DNA of 64,000 nucleotides, from positions 12,214,001-12,278,000 of the forward strand of contig OX597841.1 of assembly GCA_951406725.2 (NCBI GenBank). Reading direction: 5' to 3'. The DNA is from Octopus vulgaris (lineage: Eukaryota). The translations under genes and the position numbers were made by a program. Below, one piece after another: positions 13,801 to 27,500 of this stretch; within the stretch, counting starts at the first letter, position 1; the number at the start of each line of letters is the position of its first letter. Under the pieces are notes generated by a model. That model ran no database searches, was not told the origin of the DNA, and saw only the letters and a list, made by a program, of their open reading frames with translations.

Positions 13801-16800
13801 AATAGAAGAAATACAAACCTATTTTGGATTGATCACCAACAAAGACGGTGAATCTAGGATAACACCACCAAACGAAATAAAAAATAAAATTAAAGAAAAG
13901 ACTATTGCCTATAAAGTATACAATCTAGAGAAAAAAAACGATTTGAACACCTGGAGGAAAGCACCATTGAAAAGTGTCTTGGTGCAACTATGAAAGATAT
14001 CAAGTATCTAACCAGAGGCGGTAAATTCGCCACAATAGAAGCAAGGTTCTCGAACCTTGCAAAGTGGAAATATTTTATTTTTACCTTTATATCTGGGACG
14101 TAGGACATCCCGAATAAAAATTAAAAATGTCCCCACCAGAAGTAGAGATAGGCTGGATTGTAGCCACACTTCTATACAAAAGGGAGGACAAGATACAATT
14201 GATCGAAATTGCAAGAGGGGGCCTACAATTCCAGTTTGTTATATATTTTGAGTATTGTTATCACTAGCGATATCAAGATATAACTTTGTATTTTATGTGT
14301 AGATGTATATATATATATATATAGATGTACATGTAATATGTAAACATATATATATGCACTTGTAGTATGACCCGGCAACGCCGGGTCATAATGCTAGTAT
14401 ATATATATACACATGCTTATGTGTACATATATCTATGTATTAATGTGTGTGTGTGCGTAGCATAAACAGCTGTAAACTAATGAAGTTCCTAACATAATTA
14501 TTTCCTTCATCGTCCCAATTATTACCATTCTGCATTTGACTGACGCTTCATACTAAAGCATGTGTATATTGGGTTCTAACACCAGGCTGTTAGCATCACA
14601 ATGCCTAAGTGAAAGGTTGAGATATAAATACACACACACACACACACACACACAAATATATTTCCATCTGCTGCTAATTTCTCATTCATTTCTTTTTTTC
14701 TCTCATCAACTTTTTTTCTTTTTCTCATCTCCTTCTTATGAAGGACTAATGAATGAAATGTCAGAAAACTCTTTCCTTTCTTTTAAACATTAAACTAATA
14801 CAGGATTTCTTTAACCATGTCCCTCTGTCTTGTCCTTTTCTTTCTTTCACGCTTCATTGCATTTGTGTGTGTGCGTGTGTGTGTGCATGTTAGTTTCAAT
14901 TTGCATTTCTCCTTTAAGCCCTGAACTGGGTCCTATGACACTGCTACCATTTCCCATCAACAAATCCCCTGCTCCCTTTGTGCTTTGAGAGAAATTTGGA
15001 GTAAGAGAACCTCTCCTTGCAAAACAGGTAAGGGTTAGCAACAGGAAGGGTCCCCTGTCAGTAAAACAATGCCTCCAATATTATGTTGGTCAACTCCATG
15101 CTAGACTGGAAGAGAAATAAACAAACGATAATTAATCTTGCAACAATGTGTAACAATTACTGACCCGTGTTGTAGTTTTGGTAACACGAGCGTCTTTACC
15201 AATCTTGCCAATGAGACTCAATAATTTCTCTCGGACACGGTCATTGTCGTCCTGCCATTTCTGTAAAAGTAGAAGGGAAGAAACAGAATACAGGACAGAG
15301 AGAAAACTGTGGTCATTTCAACGGAGATACATGGGAAGAAGAAAGACAGTGGAGCAAGTTGCTACATAGACACACAGTGGGGGGGGGGGAGACAACTGAA
15401 CAAGAAAGAGAGACAGACAGACAACTGAGAGAGAGAGAATGGGAGAAGGCAACTAACCTTTTGTATGAGGAAGAACAACTGTTCTAACTGTTGAGCATCA
15501 AACTTCACAGCTGCAGCGGCTATGATGGAGTAGATGTTCTCTATCACATTGTTAGACTGGCCATTCTGCAGCAATAACAACAAGATTATCACACATTATA
15601 TTTATCTATGCAGGGAAAATTTACTGGCATTATTTATTCACCATTACACACGTTTCATTTGCTAATAGGAGCTACAAGGTTTCTCATGTTAAACATATAA
15701 GGAATTTCCAATTAGACATTCTTCAGACAGAGAAATAACACTCACACACACACATATATTTGAATATTAACAAAATATGGGTGAAAATGCACAACTACAT
15801 TAAAAGAATTTGTAATACAAATTAGAGACAAAATCTGGTGTGATATTTCATCTAAATGTTACATCACTAGTTTCATCCAGGTGTGGCTGGTTTTATGAAT
15901 GACAATGTTTATAATGGTTGCAATACATAAGAATGAAGTGTTATAACTCATCAGAGAACTCGGGTATCAAATTATCAGACAAAAAAGTGACATTTAAACA
16001 GTAAGCTAGGGAGTGTATTTTCTATGTACAATATAACTTGTTCAAAAACCTCCAGCCATTTGACGTTATAGCTGTGAGAATCAGATTAGGCTGGGCAAAG
16101 TTTAGAGAGCTCCTGCTTCTGCTGACAACAAAGGGCCTCTCCCTCAGAGTGAAAAGCAGATTATATGGTGCCTGTGTGATTTGGCAGGGTTTCTATGGTT
16201 GGATGCCCTTCCTTACGCCAACCATTCTGAGAGTGTATTCAGTGCTTTTTATGTGCCACTAACGCAACACTGGCACCAGCCACAACCACAATCTCACTTG
16301 GCTCGACGGCTTTTCTCAAACACTAAATAAAGTATATCACCAAAGGTCTCGGTCACCTGTCACTGCCCCAAACTCCTTTCGTTTTCCATCAACCAAATAC
16401 AATTGCAAGGTTTTTCAGTCAAAGCCCACACTAGAAGAGACTTGCCCAAAATTCCATACAGTGGGATTGAACTTGAAACTATGAGGTTGGAAAATAAATT
16501 TCTTAACTATACACACTCATGTTTCTTTACAAAACAACACCTATAACTGTGGATCGTGTGAAGATTTCAGAAACTGACTCCAACATGTTAAAGGGTCCCC
16601 AAAACCCTGAAGATTTAGGACCAAGAAATGATAAAAAGAATTTGGAGACGTGTAAAGACACCACAAAAAAGAGGAGGGTGAAGCAAAGACAACAACTGTC
16701 AGGGTGACCATGAAATCTTGTCTATGTAACCAACAGATTTGTCTTTTCTTCAGGAGAATCACAAGACATCACAGACACTGTAAATAGGTGACAGTAAACA

Positions 16801-19800
16801 GTGGGAGCAGCATGAAATTGATGAGTGTTTTTTGTTTGAGTGAATTGGATATAACGAGGGATTTCAAAAGAGAGACAGAATTAACGAGATGAAACAAAAA
16901 CTAATGACATGGTGATGGTGGCAGTGAAACGCCACCCCTTCTATTTACCTGCATCTTCCAAATCATTGTCAGTTCATCCAAAGACAGTTTGGATCCTAAA
17001 AAGTCCACAATACCTTTCACTTTATCACAATATTGAGCTTGATCAATGTTTCCTGTGAAGAAAAATCAAATAAAAAAAAGTGTTAGATTCTCTCCTGAAA
17101 TAAGACTTAATATGTTTCTGGGGTCAATAAAATAAAGTACCAGTCACGCATAAGGGTCAATGACATTAATAAACACCTCCCCTCAAAACTGCTGTCCTAT
17201 GAACTTAAATTAGAAACAATCATCATCATCATCATCATCATCAAGGCAGTGAGCTGGCAGAATGGTTAGCACACCAGGCAGCATTTCGTCCAGTTTTAGA
17301 TTCTGAGTTAAAATTCCATGTAAGTCAATCTTTGCTTTCGTCCTTTCTGAGTCAACAAAACAAAAATCAGTTAGTATTGGGTTTAATGTAACTGACTTCA
17401 CCCTCCACCCCAATATTTCAGGCCTTGTGCCTCTACAGTAGAAAGGATTCTTCTTCTTCTTCTGGCAGAATTATTAGCATTTCCAAGCAAAAAGGCTGAA
17501 TGGCATTTCTACTGGTTCTTTACGTTCTAAGTTCAAATCCTACTGAGCTTAACCTTGCCTTTCATCTTTTCTGGGGTCAATAAAATGAAGTATCAGATGA
17601 AATTAGCCATGATAGTGTAGTCTTAAATACATTTATGTTGGAAAAAATGAGATAGTCATGGCTGGAACACCTTTGATCATGGGTCTGTTAGATAAAAACT
17701 GATCTAGGGCTAAACAACATCAACAACAAGGAAGGCCATATTAGATAATGTAGTTCTAGATACACTTATGTCTGAATAAAAGATGGAATGGTCATGGCTG
17801 GGTTGAAGAACAAGCAAAGACAGGGAACTTACCCTCTAGGGCGATGGCCAGCACACGTTTGTCAACCAAAAAGTTGAGAATTCTGTCCGAGTGAATGGCA
17901 GTCTTTAACTTACTGACTGTGGCATCGTCAATGAGTTTGGAGACCTGGAAAGGTAAGCAGAGGTAAGAACAGACTGTACCGGGGTTAGAGTCATGGTTGG
18001 GTTGTCAGGGTGTGTAGAGCTGTCACCTGAGATAGAGATAATAATACATCTACAGCAGCATGACATACTTACTTTTAATAATTACAAATGTAAATTAAGT
18101 AATATATGAATATATATTTAAATACACAAAAAGATGTTTCTGAAATTCACAGAAAGTTGAAAAGATTTAAATATAAAAAAAAACAACAAAAATACATTCC
18201 AGTTTAATGATTTTTTCCCCCCCTTCAAATGTCGTATTGCCACAGGAAGTGCTCTGATGAACTTCTTCCCTTAATTCCAGATCACTTTGGGCCATCTCAC
18301 CTGACTCAAAGCTCGTCTTCATGCAGATGCTGTTGTGCTTCCATGAATTATGAAAAATTTTTATTTGGTCATGGCCTCTTTCTCCAAACTGCCAGACTTT
18401 AAAACTCTCCCCCATCTCATTGTTTTCCTTCTCCTTTCAAGTCTTAACTAAATTCATTCCTTTCATCTTAATTTCTCCTTCTTTAGAGTCCCTTACACTA
18501 CATGGCTTCTTGCCTCTTCAGGACTTTTTTTATAAAATAAAAAAAAACACTCAGGTGTTTAGAAGGCCAACTGAGATCTTCATCAGGTCATCCTCAGCAC
18601 TTTATATGGCAAAACTCAGGGCTTCAGAATGCTACCATCACCAGGCCATGGGATCTAAACTTCTCTTCTTACTCCACACCGCAACTTGTATCAGAAGAAC
18701 CATCCCCAACATAACATTTATTTTTTTAAATCCTTATTTCTGAACTACAATAAATGATCTTCTAAAAAGGCTGTCATTTCTCTCATTATAAATTTCATTT
18801 ATTTGAATCAAATTAAAGAACAAAAGAATTTTAAGCTTCAGGTCAGCGGTTCCCACTGATTTAGACTTCAAAACACACTGGACAGAAAAGCAGTTCACAT
18901 GCGAAGATTCAGTTAAAAATTGTTTTAAAGTTTAAAATTTCATTAAAAAGAAATATAAAACTACACCTAGCATTGCTTTTTTAATGTCTGTGTGACAGAA
19001 ACTTACAATTATTATCATAATTATTTTAATTATTAAAATCATAATTTAAGGCATTAACAAGTCCTTAAATGACATTTGTCATTTTAGGACTTGTTAATGC
19101 CTTAAATTATTATTTTAATAATAATAAAAAAAAAGGCATTGGAGGGGGCAATGCATACCTTGCACACAGATAAATTTTTTTGCAAATTATAGTCTGGCTT
19201 ACAATGTGTTGCTTACAATGTGTTGCTTACAATGTGTTGCTTACAATGTGTTGCTTACAATGTGTTGCTTACAATGTGTTGCTTACAATGTGTTGCTTAC
19301 AATGTGTTGCTTACAATGTGTTGCTTACAATGTGTTGCTTAACCCATGCTTTTTAATTGAACTGAATTCATTTTTTTTTTTTAAGAATCACAATTATAGG
19401 CATTTATACTCCGGTGAAATTAAGAATTCAACTCATAAATAAACGAAACCCTTAAACCCATCAGTGTACACACACACAGAGTTGCATATCTATGTATGTA
19501 TTTATGTATGTTTGAAGATAAACCATTTCAAGCCACTCACCCAATAATTATTTCTGCCAAATTTGGTAAAAATCCATTTGACTGTTTTCCAGTAATTTTG
19601 CAAACACACAAAGATAAACAACCCTGCTTTTGCTTATGTGTGCAGGGAAATAATAATTATAATGATAATTTTAATAATAATCTTTAGCAGACCTTGTGAT
19701 GCACCATGGTGTCACATTGTATCAGTTATGAAAAACACCCTCAGACTATTGTGGAAAATTTAATGTGTTACCTCTTTTAGGGAATTCATTTTGGCATTAA

Positions 19801-22800
19801 AGTGAGGAGATTTGAGCATTCGGAGTGCCACATCCAATCGCAGATCATCAACAGCTTCCACATCCTGGGGCCACATAGTCATACATAAAAGCTTCATGGA
19901 AGCCAGTAACTCAGAAACACTGCCAACTTTCTGTGGACCAAAACGAAATTAATAAAAGTAATTAGCAGAAATTCTCGTTATATTCAAGTAAAACATGGAA
20001 AATAAGAGACAAGTAAAAGAAACGCAGACTCAAATGTTATTATAGTGTCCGTGCTCTGTGTCAGGTCAATAAATGTTAAAGATAGTATGGAATTACTATC
20101 TTTCATGGAATTAGCTGGACAAAATACTTTGTGCTTTTTGTTATAGCAACATCCTGAGTTCAAATCTGGCTGAGGTCAGCTTAACTTTCATTCTTTTCAG
20201 GAGTCAATAATATAAAGTAACATTTCTTCTGCACCAACCCTTTCCTTGTCATCGTTCCTCCTTACCCAACCTTCCCCACTGGTGCTTCCCTTTATTACCT
20301 GCACCCCCCCACTATCTCTCCCTCTCTTTCCACTGGTGGAACCTTTCTCAGCTAGACCCCCCCCAACTCAACTCTAGAAAAAGCTCGAACCGATCGTGAC
20401 CGATGCCGGACCCCCGGCCCCTGTGCAGGTGGCACGTAAAAAGCACCCAATCCACTCGCGGAGTGGTTGGCGTTAGGAAGGGCATCCAGCCGTAGAAACT
20501 CTGCCAGATCAGACTGGAGCCTGGAGAGGCCTCTGGCTTCCCAGACCCCGGTCAAACCGTCCAACCCGTGCTAGCGCGGAAAACGGACGTTAAACGATGA
20601 TGATGATGATGATGATTCCATGGCACAAGATTGACAAAATGTTGTCTGGTGTTTCTTTAGGTCCTTTACATTCTGAACTTTGTAGCAAATTGGTGAAAAT
20701 GTCTCTTTTTAGATGACAAGCTGGAGCAACAGATAAAATAAAAACTGAAAAGAAAACATCAAAAAATTCTCTTATCTTCTCTCAAAGACACACTACTTGT
20801 CTAGGGAGCTTGTTATTTAACCCAGCTATGACCATCCCATCTTTTAGTCAGTCATAATGTATCTAGGACTACATTATCTAAGATATCCTTCCTTGTTGCT
20901 GTTTAGCACCAGGTCGCACCTGATCCAACAGATCATGACCACGTTGTTTGTCAACTTGACAAGGCACACAAGAAGGAAACCCTTATCTTTTCCAACTTCT
21001 CACATCATAAACACTGACCCTTCTTTTCAAAGCCAATAAATGAACCCTCCACAAACGTTAGCTGAGGTCCACAATGAAGGACTGCTCCACAAACAAGTTA
21101 GATCCTTTCTGGACAAAAAACCAATGACTGATTGGTCAAACATCCTTCACCAACACACTTCAACATCTGGACCACACTCTTGCTGTGTCTCCTCGCTCTG
21201 CCTTTTCTACTGCTACTACAGTGGTTTCTGCTCCTTGGAACTTGCTCGTTTTGTGCAACATCCACTCAGATACTCTCAACCCACTTATTTTCCATCTTCC
21301 CGTGCCTTATATTGTGTCCACAACTTCCTAGGTCTTGCACTAACCACCAGGCCCAGTCCTTCCTCTTGTGAATGTCATCCTGCTGGAACTGCCTGCCACT
21401 TGGTGACCCATACCCAACAGATAAAGAGGAATGCTAACATCAACGTCACAGTATTGAAAGGAATTCAAAGGTTATAAGGCCTATCTAATTTCATTCAAAC
21501 CACACTAATGTAAAAAGAAAAAAAAACCACAATCAATTAATTAGCAGTAGGTAATTACGTTGTTAATGAGTGAGCCTCTATGTGGTTATTCAACCTGCTA
21601 GAAAGAACAGCCAAATTTTTATAAAATCACACCAAAAAGTTTCTAATGACAAAGGACACATTACATCCTGTCACCTTTAATACTCCTAAACGATGGGATA
21701 GTCGTGGCTGGCAAATCTTTCTTCAAAGACCTGTCTAATCACTAACGACCAAGAGCAAAACAACAACAATTACCCCTGTAGTTGAAGTCCTTCATGACCC
21801 CATCCATAAAAGGTATCCCCAATATGTGTAGGGACCACACACTGCCTGGTCATGCAATTCTCAGTCCTCATCTCAGGTCCTTCATTCAATCAGATGCAAA
21901 CAAGAGACTGACTTACCTTTTCTTTAAAGTCTTTCTCTTCCAAACTCTGAACATATTTGATGGCCTTCTTTAAACCTGGGGCCAGAATATCCAACATCAC
22001 CGAAGGGTTTAAAAAGTCTGCACAAGTACCAAATGGACGCAGAAGAGCTGCCATAGACTGAACAGTGGAAAGCGAAAAGGATATATGAAGGAATCTGTGT
22101 GTGCATGTGTACAGGGTGTCCCAGAAAGATTTATCCATGTTTAAAACTCTTCCTAAAGAATATATGGGTTCAAGTAATATTATCTGCATCTTTACATAAA
22201 GTTTTGCAAATGTCTTTTGTTAATGTGTCTCTTGTTTCATTCGTCTGGAATAGGTTTGTAAGCAAAGATGGTGTCGAAAGTGAAACATAACCAGATTGCT
22301 GCTTAGAAAACAGCTGGAGTGAGCAACAAGGACAGAACCAAACAGTTGAATGTGTGTTGTAAAACAGTGTCCAATATCTAGAAATGATATATGGAGTCCA
22401 CTACTACCTCTAGCAAGCCAATTCCTGGTAGGAAATGATCAATTGAAACCAAACAAACTGTTGAAGCTGTGAAGAAGCAAATGAACTGAAATCCCCAAAG
22501 GAGTTCAAAGAAAACTGCAATGGCGCTTGATATTTCGAAATTGCCAATGCACAGATTTTTAAAGAGAATTTAAAGCTAACTGCAAACAAGAAACAATCCT
22601 GGCAGTTAATTTCAGCAGCTTCTGAGAAGAAATGGCTCAACAGGGGGTAAACCCATGTTAAATGAGATGAAGAATGCCACTGACAAAGTGTTGATCTGGT
22701 CCAATGCGAAGATCTTCACCATGGAGGCAGTGACCAACAAACAGATGACAGGTTTTATGTACATAATGCAGGAGACTTGCCCAAAGGTAGCAGGAGTCAT

Positions 22801-24563
22801 TTATGCCGTCAGAAGCCAGCTTCACTCATGGTGTGGACTGCAGTTGCATCTGATGGGTCCAAGTCTCCTTTGACCTTCATCGATGCTGGCGTCATGGTCA
22901 ACAGTGAAGTTTATGAGGGAATGGTGAATGAGAACATGTTAATCTGGATCACAGAAACCTTTGGTGACCATTACATCTTCAGACAAGACAGGGCTCCAGC
23001 CCACATATCACATTTGACACAGAGGTTGTACAAAGAGCATTGCAATGGTTTTTGAGACAAGGCGATATGGCCTCCCTGAAAGTCCAAACATCAATCCCAT
23101 GGACTTTGCTATCTGGTCCAACTTAGGCAGAAATGTTTCTGTTTGTTCCTATTCAAATGTTTCAGATCTGAAGAAAGCTCTTCTGTCTTCATGAGTCAAG
23201 TTGCATGAAGAGGTAGTACAGCGCTCATTAAACCACTCGTTTGCAAGCTATGATCAAGTTGAAAGGTGGTCATTTTGAAATATAATTAGTGCAATGAATT
23301 GACAATTTACATTAGAATGGGTGTGCCAAATTTCATTATTCTACCTGACATTTATTTTGAATAATTAAGAAATATCAATGGGTAAATCTTTCTGGGACAC
23401 CCTGCATATTTACATGTATTAAAAAAATAATTCGCAGAAGAAAATACTTACAGAACTTTATCAGGGAAAACAGAAAGAAAATATATATAGTTTTGACTAA
23501 GCAGTTACCAGTTTCAATTAAGACCTCCTCTTCAGGTTGGATAAAATGGTAAAAAAAGCCAAAAAAGTACCAACTGAAATAATCTAACTTCCTTAATACC
23601 ACTTCTCAAAATGGCCATATTTTTCTTATGGTGCTGTATTTTATTTCCATCTGAAGTAATCCACACCCAGAAAAAACAGTTCTAGAGTGCACCAATACAA
23701 ACATCACTTCTTTTGAATACTTCTGTGACCCTTCAATAAATTTTCAACAGAAAGAATTCGAAGATTCCCCTAGTTTCCTTTTGCACAATTTCTTCAGCGT
23801 AAATATTTTCAAACAAAATTTTTTACTTATAAATTATAAGAGGTACAGCTCCCTCAAGTAATTCACCTGTCTGCAAATAACTTATTTTTATCACTGTTTA
23901 TCGTGAATTACAAAATTATTTTACTGATTGTAATTATCATGATTTATTATTAAGTAAAAGACTATTTGGTACAAACGAGACAAATACTCCAGCCCACTGC
24001 GGCCGTATAACTTATGGTGTCTAGTAAGTCACAGAAGGTTTTTGCTTCTTGGTAATGAACAGGACAAGGAATCATCAACAAGCAAAATGGTAAGAAGTAG
24101 ACTCTGTCAGGAGGTATTTCACAGGTGAAATGACATATCAATGACCTATATTTGACAGCGAGAAGAAAGTCTAAGATTAAAAATAGTGACGGCCTAACTT
24201 CGTCAAACAAACCACTTACCGGTGCATCTAAATCATCACTCTCCAAATGTTTTTTCACATATTCGAAGCCCTTTTTGTAGGCAAACTAAAACAAACAGAA
24301 GAGAGAAAGAGAAACAAAGATTTAATAGACAGAATATGGTAGTCCACAACAACACCTACTCCCCTCTTTGGACTGGATGAAGACAGTTGTGTCTTGAATA
24401 CAACTAGAACTGGGGAGCTATTCCAGGGGTTTCTAGTGTAAGATCAAAGACGGAGTAAATAGACACAGCCATACATGAATCTGTCTATATATAACATATA
24501 TATAAATATATATACTTGCACTTAATAGTTTATATATAAAATACAACAGTTACATATATATAC

Positions 24564-24594
<31 letters not shown>

Positions 24595-27500
24595 CATACA
24601 TACTCTCTTTACTCTTTTACTTGTTTCAGTCATTTGACTGCGGCCATGCTGGAGCACCGTCTTTAATCGAGCAACTCGACCCAGGGACTTGTTCTTTGTA
24701 AGCCCAGTAATTATTCTATCGGTCTCTTGCCGAACCGCTAAGTGACGGGGACATAAACACACCAGCATTGGTTGTCAAGCAATGCTAGGGGGACAAACAC
24801 AGACACACATATATATATATATATATATATACATATATACGACGGGCTTCTTTCAGTTTCCGCCTACCAAATCCATTCACAAGGCTTTGGTCAGCCAGAG
24901 GCTATAGTAGAAGACATTTGCCCAAGGTGCCACGCAGTGGGACTGAACCCGGAACCATGTAGTTGGTAAACAAACTACCTCCTGCGCCTTTTATATATAT
25001 ATAAAACAGTGTTTATATATATCATGGACTCTCCTATTGTAGACAAGAGATGCGGGGATTTCTGCAATTTTTTTACTGAACAACCTCCAAAGATGATTTG
25101 TTTTTTGTAATCAAATGTTTCTGCTGCACGTTAGCCCATTTCCTCCATCTAATCAATGTTGCCTGTACAGGTGCACAGTGTCCCACACATCAGGTGTTGA
25201 AGTGATTGCAGAGCAAGGTGAGATGATGAAGTGCTTTGCTCAAGAACACAAGACATCGCCTTGTCCAGGAATCAACTTGCAATCATGAGTTCAACACCGT
25301 AACCACAAGGCAATATACCCTCACTCATACATAAAATATATACACAACTATATACATACATATAACAGTGTATATATATCATCATCATTTAGTGTCCGCT
25401 TTCCATGCTAGCATGGGTTGGACGGTTCAACTGGGGTCTGGGAAGCCAGAAGGCTGCACCAGGCCCAGTCTGATCTGGCAATGTTTCTACGGCTGGATGC
25501 CCTGTATACATATAATACCATAACAACTATATAATTACACCTAACAGATTAAACTATGAGATTGATTATAATACAGACCCAGAAAGGGCAGATCAGGTCC
25601 ATCGGTGAAGGTTAAAGAAGACTTGACAAGGTACTTACCCTGTTAATGAGGTTGGTGAGCCAGCCATAAGGGTCCTACAAAGAAAGGAAAAAGGTATCAG
25701 TTTAACCCTTTAACATTTAATCTGGCCCCAAATATGCTCCCTGTTTTATGTTCAAACTGATCAGATCCAGTCTCTCACACCTACCCTACAATGTCATTAA
25801 AAAATATTCAAACACACCACTGAAATCTTGAAGATATGGAATAATACATTCAACATATTCAAAACAACGTGAATAAATAAGTCCCATGTTTGACGAAGAA
25901 ATGTGAATGCTGAAAGGTTAAAGAAGTATATTGGGGAGGAAGATGGTGCGGGGATGCAGTGGTGATGGTCATTTCTTATGATGGCAGCAAGATGGTGCAG
26001 GCAACAAAGGGTTCAATGGTTCAAACCCCACTGTCACAAACACTGACATATATGTCCATGACCAACACATCTCTAAAATGGATCAGTCCACCTAGCTGCG
26101 AATAGGCACCACAGCTTGGTGGTTTATGACCAACATGTCACTAAACAGATCAGTTTGTTTACTTCTAAATAGGTACCACAATATAGGAACAGTATGGTAC
26201 AATAAGCTGTGGTAGCACAATAAAACTGCCAACTATTTAGTTGTGTTGCAGATCTGAGTTCAAATGCTACTCTGGGAATTGGTAGGAGAAAGCTGAGATC
26301 TGCCACACTGAGATGTCGCACACCCACTACCCAACCCATTACACAAAGGGATATTTTCTGTAAAGCCTTCTTTCTACCCCCAACAAACAAAGAAAACATT
26401 GAGTGGTGAAGATCCCCTCCATTTTACAGAGTAGAAGACACCAGCATTAGTGTTGGGGCCACAATAAAAATGCCCAACACCGTCCGTAATGCGAAAGGCA
26501 AATGGGTGAGGACAATGTTTAAGCAGAGGAGATGTCATTGAAGACTTGATGTGTAGAAGCAATGCTAGGCAGTAACCAGAGAGTAGAAAGTTGGTGATAG
26601 GAACAAGATGGTAGTCAAAGAGCCCTGCCCACTCGCCTCAAACCTAAAACAGAATGTATGAGTGAGATGTGGTTTGTGGGAGATGAAAGAGCGCAAAAAC
26701 AGGAAGTAAGAATTGACTGAAACAGGACAGTGATGACCAGTCCAACCCTCACCACACTGGAAATGTAAAATCAAGATGGCAATGAAAGTAGTATTTGCTC
26801 TGATACCTCTCACCCCCACCAAAAAATAAATGGACTCTACCATTAACCAGACCCATATTTTAAGACCAGACAGAGAAGTGGCTGGAGAATGAAACTGTGA
26901 CGTTTTCACCTTCTGTATTTCACGAAATGAAGCGAAACATTTATATCCAGGAGCTGTAATTAGGCATAAGGGTACATCTTTTAGAGAAGGGGATTAACGT
27001 TCTTAGACGATTTCTATAAACGCAGTTAAGACCATGACATTTCAGTCAATATGACTTCGATACATGTAACACACACAAGAGTGGCTGCGTGGTAAGAAGC
27101 TTGCTTCCTAACCACATGGTTCTGGGCTCAGTCCCACTGCGTGGAACCATGGGCAAGTGTTTTCTACTATAGCCTCAGGCCAACCAAAGGCTTCAGAGTG
27201 GGTTTCGTAGACAGAAATGGAAAGGAGTCCGTCGTATATATGAGAAGAGCTGAGTGAAGAAATGTCACACCCTAACAATGGAGGGAATCTGTGGAAAAGG
27301 TAGACTCAAGAAGACATTGGATGCGGTGGTGAAGCACAACCGTCGAATGTTGAGCCTTACAAAGGCAATGACAAGCAACTGAGACCTCTAGAGATATGCC
27401 TGAGAAGACCAGGCAAGCCAAGTGAGATTGTAGCTGTGGTCAGCGCCAGTGACACATGCCTGGCCCATTTCAAAGCACCTTCCAGTCATCAGGTAATAAA

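Noticed and set aside
19206-19442. Cys-rich repeat protein ORF
   Set aside because: It is a translation of the 14-bp minisatellite.
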